Assembly: GCF_028641065.1 (NCBI RefSeq)
Contig: NC_073414.1
Location: forward strand, 6,882,001-6,946,000
Source: Leucoraja erinacea
Lineage: Eukaryota
Length of the DNA: 64,000 nucleotides
Reading direction: 5' to 3'
This document shows, piece after piece, positions 54,644 through 64,000 of this stretch (its first letter is position 1; every line of letters begins with the position of its first letter). A program made the position numbers and the translations under genes. The notes under the pieces are model-generated. The model made no database searches and had not been told where the DNA came from. It saw only the letters and a list, made by a program, of their open reading frames with translations.

Positions 54644-55966
54644 ACACATTTAAAATAGGGAAGCAGCAAATAATTTCAGTTCTAGTTCTAGAAAATACAG
54701 CACAGAAACATGCTCTTCAGCCACCGACCCCATGCTGACCATCGATCACACATTCACAGTAGTTCTGTTATATGTGTAATAATATGTGTTTCTTGGTGTG
54801 AGAAATGGCAAGAGGAATCTCATATTCAACACATCTGTATCAAGAAACAATGGAGAATTTTGGAATCGTGCTTTTATAAACTAAACATTTTAATTCAAAA
54901 TTTTACCGCACAAGCCAAATTTGCACATATTAATAATAACAGTGCATTTTCCACCTCTCACCTCAGACCTCCAGTAATTCCCCTCCTGATACAAAGGTAA
55001 TGGAATGGGTGCGAAAATCCTCAATGGGAGAAGGAATAACATTTAGAAACAACGAACTACAGATGCTGGATTACCAACGAAAGACAAAGTGCTGGAGTAA
55101 CTCAGCGGGTCAGGCAGCATCCCTGGTGAACATTGATAGGTGACCTTTCGGTTCGGTACCCTTCTGCAGATGAGTTACTCCAACAGTTTTTCTGTATATC
55201 AGCATCTGCACTTCCTTGTTTCTCCATCCCAATTTCAATGCTCAATATGTAACTGCATAAGCTGGTTGAAAACCAAACATAGACACAAAATGCTGGGGCA
55301 ACTTAGCGGGTCAGGTCTGAAAAAGGGTTCCGACACAAAATGTGTTGGAGTAACTCATCTGAAGAAGGGTACTGAGAAAAATGAGAAAGGTTGAATAAGT
55401 TAGTTCTTTATTCTCTGGAGCGCAGAAGGTTAAGGGGGGACTTGATAGAGGTATTTAAAATGATGAGAGGGATAGACAGAGTGATGTGGACAAGCTTTTC
55501 CCTTTGAGAATAGGGAAGATTCAAACAAGAGGACATGACTTCAGAATTAAGGGACAGACGTTTAGGGGTAACATGAGGGGGAACTTCTTTACTCAGAGTG
55601 GTAGCGGTGTGGAATGAGCTTCCAGTGGAAGTGGTGGAGGCAGGTTCGTTGGTATCATTTAAAAATAAATTGGATAGGCATATGGATGAGATGGGAATGG
55701 AGGGTTATGGTATGAATGCAGGCAGGTGGGACTAAGGGAAAATAATTGTTCGGCACGGACTTGTAGGGCCGAGATGGCATGTTTCCGTGCTGTAATTGTT
55801 ATATGGTTATATGGTCACCCATCCAGGTTCTCCAGGGATGCTGCCTGATCTGCTGAGTTACTCCAGCGCTTTGTGCCTTTTCGAGGAATAAAAATCTCAT
55901 TCCCAGTGTTGTGACTCTAACCCGACCATGGTCAAGCCAGACAGGTAACAGGGTATAACAGCCTTT

Positions 55967-56368
55967 CTAACAAATAGTCGGAGTGCATTCAAGGTCAAAT
56001 GTACAAGCAATGATGTCAGTACAGCGCAGTAAGGCTTCCTTCTGAATGCCTAATGGCGTCTGCAAGGCCGTGACTTGGAAGTTGAGGATGTCAATGTCAG
56101 AGGCGGTGAATGCTGCGGTGACAATCACCTGCTCATACATTGTAAAGGTCACCGGCTTCTTCGTCATCGTAATCAAACTTTGCAGAAAGCGTTCCCGGAG
56201 CAGAGAGCGGGAGCGCTGCTCCTCTGCCAGGCAGACACTGGAGCAGTTGTTCGAAGCTCGAATGGTTGAGGGTGCCAAGGCGTGGTAGCGGGCAGATGTG
56301 GGGTCAAAGCCTCGGCTCTGTCCCTCCGGGCCCCGTGGGAGACGCACAACTAACACAGGGGACGTCAT
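55967..56368 (-). CDS. GEMIN7: Gem-associated protein 7 (SMN complex), 133 aa, single coding exon
   Basis: ORF with VRLPRGPEGQSRGF, EQRSRSLLRERFLQSL, NFQVTALQTPLGIQKEALLRCTDII. Acceptor just upstream of the ATG (~56380). Putative non-coding exon 1 with its last base at 58725. Confidence 0.95.
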   Translation of the reverse strand: MTSPVLVVRLPRGPEGQSRGFDPTSARYHALAPSTIRASNNCSSVCLAEEQRSRSLLRERFLQSLITMTKKPVTFTMYEQVIVTAAFTASDIDILNFQVTALQTPLGIQKEALLRCTDIIACTFDLECTPTIC

Positions 56369-56909
56369 TCAGGAGAGGCTGCTTGGAAGCAAACACAAAT
56401 ATCCAAATTAGACCATTGATTCGGATTTTCATGGATGATTTTACAGTCTTTACTTTAGAGATACAGCACAGAAATAAGCCTTTTGGCCCACGGAAAATTG
56501 GTATAGACGAGTTGGGCCAAAGGGCCTGGTTCTGTGGCTCTAAAAATAAAGCAAGCACTTGTTTAGGCCTGACATTTTAATATACAACTGTCTGCATTGT
56601 TGTTTCTTTTCGCCAGCACATCATTCAATTGCATCCTCCGCACTGTCAGTTTTTGTGCTCATCAAGGCAATACAATTCTGCATGGTGCAATGGAGACACA
56701 AAGTGGTGGGACTAGTTTAGTTGGAGCATCCTGGTCAGCATGGACGAGTTGTATCGAACGGCCTGTTTCCGCAAATGCTGGTATCTGGAGCCAAAACATA
56801 GATCTGGAGACATCCAGCAAGTCAGGTAGCATCTGTGCCCAATTGCAGAGTCTTGACCATCCCTTTGTTTCCACAAATGCTGCATATCTGCTGAATCTGT
56901 TGAGGTGTC

Positions 56910-57536
56910 CCTCAACACCTCCAAGCTGATCAAAAAGGCACAGCAGCGCCTTTACTTCCTTAGGAGGCTCAAGAAAGCCCACCTGTGTCCCCCCAGATCC
57001 TGACCAACTTTTACCGCTGTACCATAGAGAGTATCCTGACCACCTGCTTCACGGTATGGTACAGCAGCTCCACTGCTGCGGACAGGAAAGCACTACAACG
57101 GGTGGTGAAAACCGCGCAGCACATCATCGGTGCCCCGTTCCTGCCATGGATGCCCTCCACCGAAAACGGTGTCTGAGACGGGCTGGGAAGATCATCAAAG
57201 ACCCCTCACACCCCAACCATGGACTGTTTGCCCTCCTCCCATCAGGGAGGCGGTACAGGAGCCTCAGGTCACGTACCAGCAGGATGAGGAAAAGCTTCTA
57301 TAACAACACAATCACACTGCTGAACTCGGGGTCCCGGCGATAGACTTCTCTGGTCCCTCCGTCCCCCTTTGTTTAATCATTCTGTATTTCCTGATAATTC
57401 TGTATCTTCTCTCTTTCTATTTTTTTCTTGCTTTTTCTCTTTATGTACAACTACTACGGACTGACGCAAAACTGCATTTCGTTGTACTGATACTTGTATT
57501 TTGTGCGATAACATTAAAGTTGAATTGAATTGAATT
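56910..57536 (+). mobile_element. Rex1/Babar-like LINE 3' fragment
   Basis: KKAQQRLYFLRRLKK...ILTNFYRCTIESILT...DPSHPNHGLFALLPSGRRYRS with frameshifts. Tail (ttgaa)n. Confidence 0.8.
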
Positions 57537-58827
57537 CCTCTAGAAGTAAAATTGTGACAGACGGAATGGCAGATACTGGAATTTTGCGGAGAACACAAAT
57601 GCTGGATTAACTCAGCGGGCAGCATCACAGGTAGAATTCCTCCAGCAGTCTTTTTTTTTTGTCACTGTGCACATCCAACACGAATCCAGCCTCCTAATTT
57701 ACACATTCGTACACCTCCACGGGCAATATCAATACAATACAATACAATACAATACAATTTAATTGTCATTTGGACCCCTTGAGGTCCAAACGAAATGCCG
57801 TTTCTGCAGCCATACATTACAAACAAATAGACCCCAGACACAACACAATTTACATTTTACATAAACATCCATCACATTGCTGTGATGGAAGGCCAAAAAA
57901 ACTTATCTCTCCACTGCACTCTCCCCCCCCCCCCCCCCCCCGATGTCAGAGTCTATGTCAAAGCCCCGGCTGGCGATGGTCAGCCAATCATTCTCTTCCT
58001 CCCATAGTCAATGTGTGCATTTCTCACAAAATTGCCTGAACTAGGATCAGATGCAGGTGAAATAGACAATAGGTGCAGGAGTAGGCCATTCGGCCCTTCG
58101 AGCCAGCAATGTGGCTGATCATCCCCAATCAGTACCCCATTCCTGCCTTTTCCCCATATCCCCTGACTCCGCTATCTTTAAGAGCCCTATCCAGCTCTCT
58201 CTTGAAAGCATCCAGAGAACCGGCCTCCACTGAGGCAGAGAATTCCACACACTCACAACTCTCTGTGAGAAAAAGTGTTTCCTCGCTGTGAAAGCTGCAG
58301 GGAAGCGGAAATACTTTGGAACATGTGGACTCATCCCTCGGCGTGGATAAATAAACAAGGCAACTTGGGTTTAAGCTTCCAGCAAAGTGAAGAATGGTAA
58401 AGAGGTAAAATAGGATCTTTGGTAAATAGCAGACAGCTCACCAGCACTGAGCTCATGGGAAAAGTTGGAATCACACAAAGGCTAATTTGCTTCCCCTCTA
58501 ATCTCCTCCCCGCCCCCACTTCCCCACCCCTTTTTCCCCTCCCTTTTTCCCCAACCTCACCACCTCTCGTTCCACCTCTCCTCTTCCTCTCCCCTTCCTC
58601 TCCCCTATCCACCCTCCTTCTCCCTCTCACCTCTTCCCCCTCCCTTCCGCTCATCCTCCTCTCCCTCTCTACCCTCTCCCCTAGGCTTTTCCCGCTCCCC
58701 CGCGGCATTATGATGAACAAGTACCTGCCTGTTGCTCTGTCTTGCTCCTTCGACAAAGTTGGAACCAAAGATCCTAGAGGAGCAAGATGGACCACTCCTC
58801 CGAAATCCAATGGACTGGCGTGTAGTA

Positions 58828-58965
58828 CGTGACGGAACGTCACGGCCGCCATTTTACAATGCGACACGCGCTTCCGCCATTTTACAATGCGACACGCGCT
58901 TCCGCCATTTTACAATGCGACACGCGCTTCCGCCATTTTACAATGCGACACGCGACTTCCCGGTA
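58828..58965 (-). promoter_or_regulatory. Probable GEMIN7 promoter with 4 x 28-bp YY1-motif tandem repeat
   Basis: ccgccattttacaatgcgacacgcgctt repeated at 58846, 58874, 58902, 58930. Palindrome cgtgacg-gaa-cgtcacg at 58828-58844. Confidence 0.6.
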
Positions 58966-59261
58966 TGCCACCCGCTGTGATCCAAAGCAAAGATTATAGA
59001 GCTCCGCTATAATCTTTGATCCAAAGCAAAGATCCTCGAGTATCTTGTAGCGGGAACAGCCCCCTCCTTTGCGTAGTTTCCCTTGCATTGTATTGCTTTA
59101 ACACACACTGCACAAAATTAAATTTAACGTATACATAGTGTGTGTGAGGCAAGTTAGAGATAATTAAGTTTATTCTCATGGATCAGAAGCAACTTTGATT
59201 TAAATAATCACTATTAATTGATTTGTCTTGTAAGATGATATACATAAACCATAAAGGCAAT

Positions 59262-59515
59262 TATATATATAATTATATAGTAACACACATATATATACAC
59301 ATACATATATACACACATACATATATACACATACATACATACGTATACACATACATATGCACACATACAAATACACACATACATATGGATACATTTATAT
59401 GCATACATACACACATATAAACATATATAAACATACATATATACACACATATACACATACATGCATATATATACATACATGCATATATACACATACATAT
59501 ATATTTATACATATG
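59262..59515. repeat. (CA/TA)n microsatellite
   Basis: Mixed catatatacacacat repeats. Confidence 0.9.
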
Positions 59516-59519
59516 ATTA

Positions 59520-60520
59520 ACATGTCGAGGAACCAACGAGAGAGCAGGCTATTTTAGACTGGGTATTGAGTAATGAGGAAGGGTTAGTTAGCAATCTTGT
59601 TGTACGTGCCCCTTGGGCAAGAGTGACCATAATATTGTTGAGTTCTTCATTAGGCAGGCAGTGACTAGTGGGGTACCGCAAGGCTCAGTGCTGGGACCCC
59701 TGCTATTTACAATATATATTAATGATCTGGATGAGGGAATTGAAGGCAATATCTCCAAGTTTGCGGATGACACTATATATTAATGATCTGGATGAGGGAA
59801 TTGAAGGCAATATCTCCAAGTTTGCGGATGACACTAAGCTGGGGGCAGTGTTAGCTGTGAGGAGGATGCTAGGAGACTGCAAGGTGACTTGGATAGGCTG
59901 GGTGAGTGGGCAAATGTTTGGCAGATGCAGTATAATGTGGATAAATGTGAGGTTATCCATTTTGGTGGCAAAAACAGGAAAGTAGACTATTATCTAAATG
60001 GCAGCCGACTAGGAAAAGGGGAGATGCAGCGAGACCTGGGTGTCATGGTACACCAGTCATTGAAAGTAGGCATGCAGGTGCAGCAGGGGACTGTACCACT
60101 GCAGAAGGACCTCTTTCTTTTGCTTTCTTCACTGCCTGTTGTACCTGCATGCTTACTTTCATTGACGAACAAGGACCCTCAGATGTCGTTGTACTTCCCC
60201 TTTTCACAACTTGACACCATTTAGATAATAATCTGCCTTCCTGTTTTGCTACCAAAGTAGATAACCTCACATTTAACCACATTAAAATGCATCTGCCATG
60301 TATATGCCCACTCACCCACCCTGCATTCTCACAGTATCCTTACAGTTCACACTTCCACCCAGCATTGTGTCATCTGCACATTTGCTAATGTTACTTTGAA
60401 TCCCTTCACCTAAATCATTGATGTATATTGTAAATAGCTGCGGTCCCAGCACCGAGCCTTGCAGTACCCCACTAGTCACTGCCTGCCATTCTGACAGGGA
60501 CCTGTTAATCCCTACTCTTT
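59520..60520. mobile_element. Two CR1 RT fragments in inverted orientation
   Basis: Plus strand [10 protein letters not shown]...YINDLDEG...KFADDTKL with a 61-bp tandem duplication (59714-59835). A minus-strand copy of the same region lies at ~60120-60520. Confidence 0.8.
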
Positions 60521-61002
60521 GTTTCTCTCATCTCTCTCACTCTCACTCTCTCTCTCTCTCTATCGCTCTCCACACACATGCGCGCACACAAACACACACA
60601 CACACATATATACATTTGCATATGTACACAAACATAAAATTAACCAACAAACAATAATAGTGCAAAAAAAACAAAACTGCTGCTCTGAAGTCGATGTAGT
60701 TCAGATCTTATTTGGAGGTTGTATTGTTTAATAGCCTGATGGCTGCAGAGAAGCAGAAAATGTTGGAGCTACTCACTTTCAATTGTGGCGAGAGGAACAT
60801 AGTTCACATCTCAGGTCAACAACTTTTCATGAGAACTGGGAAAAAGTGAGAAATATAAGCTTGTTTTATAGCTTCCAGTTCTGATGAAATGTAATTGAAA
60901 ACAAAAATAAGTCTCTTAGTTAGAAACCCTGGTTGGAAACAAATAAATTGCAGAATAATTAAATGCTATTCAGTTCTATCTCTACAATGGAGGGCACAAT
61001 TA

Positions 61003-61322
61003 AAGCCCTGTCCCACGGTACGAGTTCATTCCAAGAGTTCTCCCGAGTTTGCCCTGATTGGAACTCGGAGATTTACGATACTGGCCACTCGTCAGTACTC
61101 GGGGCTCTCGTGGACATTTTTCATCATGTTGAAAAATCTTCACGAGTCTTCCCGTGCTTTCCTGCCGTTAGCGAGTCTTCCCGAGTACCTGCCATTAGCG
61201 CTAAGACAAGTCCCCGAGCTCCGACGTACCCGCTACGTTCATTCTCCGTGCTTACCATGAGTTTGATTTTTTTTTAAAGTCGGGAGAGCTCTTGGAATGA
61301 ATTCGCACCGTGGGACAGGGCT
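61003..61322. mobile_element. Non-autonomous DNA transposon family B (full copy)
   Basis: TIR AGCCCTGTCCCACGGTACGAGTTCATTCCAAGAG / CTCTTGGAATGAATTCGCACCGTGGGACAGGGCT. A partial inverted copy lies at 17085-17291. Confidence 0.82.
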
Positions 61323-62467
61323 ATTAGGTTTCTATATGTGTGGAAGGTAGGAATTGAAAGAAATCGATGTTAGGATTAATGACATAGTGCTTGGAGATTA
61401 TGGCGATAGAAGCAGGAAATCTCTGAAGTTTGGTGATCTACTTCCAGTGGACTAAAGGAATTTGATGTGATAAATTATTTGGATGCAGGAACAAACTGAA
61501 ACACCTCCAATAATCTATATTCTATCCTATGGGGAGAAGGCAGGAATGGGATACTGATTGTGGATGATCAACCATGATCACAGTGAATGGTGGTGCAGGC
61601 TCAAAGGGCCAAATGACCTGCTCCTGCACCATTCAGGTAATTGTCATATGACATTGTCTATTGTCTATAAAATGGAATTCAGAGAATCAAACAATCCATT
61701 GTTGCCAAGAGATGGTCTGTAATGTTCCGTTGCTGTGGTAGCATTAGGTCAGTTAAAGAACCTGATGGGACAATAGCTTTTTTTGAACTGGGAGTGTTGG
61801 ACATTTACAGTTGTGCGTCTACTGTGATAAGAGTGAGAAGAGCATTGCTTATCACATTTCAGTTATCAGTTGAACAAACTTGGTATTCTTAACATCTTGG
61901 TATTCTTAACATTCTTAACATCTTTATATTCTGAGACCTTTCCTGTAAAAGATCTTTCGGGGAAAGTGTTGTGACTATCCGCAGGAACTGCGTGCCTTTT
62001 GTATTCGATTCCCCTCGCAGTAGACAATAGCCTTCTTTGTGTCATCAGAAGGCTAAATTCAATCTGGAAATTGTCCTCTTGGGGAAAGACGATCAATATT
62101 TTTTAATTTATTGCGACATTTGGATCGATACAGGTATTGTAATTTTCATTTCCACTTAACTTGTGTAGTGCTGATTTACATAAGATGTTCACTCCTGGTT
62201 CAAGAGTGTTTTATTGTCAAGCGCGTTTTATTGTCTTATGTCCCAAAACAGGCTATTTTGGCGAGACAGAGATGGTAAGCTTGAATTGTTTTTATTTTAA
62301 CGAAACAACGAGCCAACGAGAGTGGAACCAAATTTAAAATGTGGCAGTTACTGACAGTTACAGCAAAAAAACTGCCAATAGAACACCCGCGTTCAGTGAC
62401 TCCTCCCTCCCGCCCGTCAATCACGGGAGACACACACACACACACACACAGGGAGACAGACACAGGG

Positions 62468-62622
62468 NNNNNNNNNNNNNNNNNNNNNNNNNNNNNNNNN
62501 NNNNNNNNNNNNNNNNNNNNNNNNNNNNNNNNNNNNNNNNNNNNNNNNNNNNNNNNNNNNNNNNNNNNNNNNNNNNNNNNNNNNNNNNNNNNNNNNNNNN
62601 NNNNNNNNNNNNNNNNNNNNNN
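62468..62622. other. Assembly gap (N run)
   Basis: 155 N characters. Confidence 0.99.
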
Positions 62623-64000
62623 TTTATGGTAATCTAAAAAGCTGCATGTGTTTGGGATGTGGGAGGAAACTGGAACACCCAGAGGAAACCCACACAGTCA
62701 CTCAAACTCCACAGTACCCAATGTCCGTATCGAACCTAGGTCTCTGGTGCTGTGAGGTAGTAGCTCTACGGGCTGCGCCATTGTGCTGCTAATTTTATGA
62801 GTGCAAATTCCATTGTTTTCTTTGTTTTGAGTTTTAGTTACTTTGAGAATAGAGTAGGATTTGCTTTTGAGTCAGTTTATAGACACATATCCTGCGAGAA
62901 TTGCCAATCCAGTGATAAGCAAGTGCTACACTGGTCCCATTTGCCAGTTCTGGATGAACTAGAGGCCTAATCTGTCGTCTTACGTTCAGTGGCACTGTTT
63001 GATAATAACGGGGATTTTTGATGCCTAATACTTAAATAGGAACCAACTTCACCAGAATATTTTATCTGGTTATTGGGGGAACTTTGCCATGTCCAAATCA
63101 GCTGGTTTGTTTTCCTGTATCCTAGCAGTGACAATAATTCAAAATTATTGGAATGCTGAAAAATGGAAAGTGCTCATGGAAAAAGCAATTTGTTTGTGTC
63201 CTTGCACATGGAAATGGAAATGGGATGAAATACAGATAAGTCCAATATCACAAAGGAAATCTATATAGAACTTTGGCCATACTTGTAGAATTAAATAACA
63301 GCTGATAGGAGGTGCTGTAAGGCACGTTTGCAATTGGATCCTAATTTGTTCATTATAGCAACTCCCCAATATTGAGCATTATTGGGGCATCTTTGAGCCC
63401 TTAATCCTGCTCTGCTTATTGGTTGTAAGGAATTTAGATGTATGATCATTTAACACATTGGAACTACCTGAATTTTAGAGCCTAGCTGCCTTCATACTTG
63501 TTGCCTTCTCCCCCATAACGTCTGACACCCGCACTAATCAAGAATCTATCAATCTCCGCCATAAAATATCCATTGACTTGGCCTCCACATCCTTCAGTGG
63601 CAATGAATTAGACAGATTCACCACCCTCTGATTAAAGAAATTCCTCCTCTCCATTCACTTTAATGTCTCTTTATTATCTGCCACTGATCTGCTTTGCATT
63701 GTGTGTCACTTTCTTCAATTGGACCCCTCTGCCATCTGCTAATCTCATCATTCGCATCATTAGTACTGAACTATTATCTACCTCTTTGATGACCCTTGGA
63801 CTATCCTTGATCAGACTTTGCTGGGGTTACCTTGCACTGTAAATGGGTCGATTGCAAACGTGTATTGTCCTTCAGCTGACTGGTCAGCATGCAACACAAG
63901 CTTTACACTGTACCTCGGTACACGTGACAACAAACTAAACGTAAACTCAAGCGCATAGACCATAGAACAGTACAGCACAGGAACAGGCCCTTTGGCCCAC

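Noticed and set aside
58846-58954. 28-bp direct repeats resembling a CRISPR array
   Set aside because: Head-to-tail with no spacers, in a vertebrate context with no cas genes.
61860-63420. Possible exons of a further gene (donor-like sites at ~62133 and ~62276)
   Set aside because: No convincing ORF or recognisable protein, and the region is interrupted by a gap.

Overview
Eukaryotic, repeat-rich vertebrate DNA, most likely from a cartilaginous fish (skate/ray), inferred from abundant HE1/V-SINE-type SINEs and HER1/CR1-type LINE fragments. Six spliced protein-coding genes were reconstructed by hand with phase-consistent GT-AG junctions: a CIPC-family gene (+), MIA (-), SNRPA/U1A (-), ACTMAP/C19orf54 (+, with a U12-type intron), YIF1B (-) and GEMIN7 (-). 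The orthologues of the last five lie on human 19q13. The most notable non-genic signal is a ~135-bp dispersed retroposon (3 copies). Its 5' end is a compact 54-nt HDV/CPEB3-like ribozyme fold starting exactly at the predicted cleavage G, it ends in a (GAA)n tail, and it is flanked by target-site duplications. Other highlights: Penelope-like palindromic insertions carrying minimal hammerhead cores; a conserved U1A autoregulatory PIE element with a degenerate Box 1; a candidate poison exon in SNRPA; promoters built from tandem arrays of CCAAT/GC-box or YY1 modules; and two MITE families sharing a TIR core. There is one assembly gap (62468-62622). All calls are by eye; no searches were run, so novelty is unverified.
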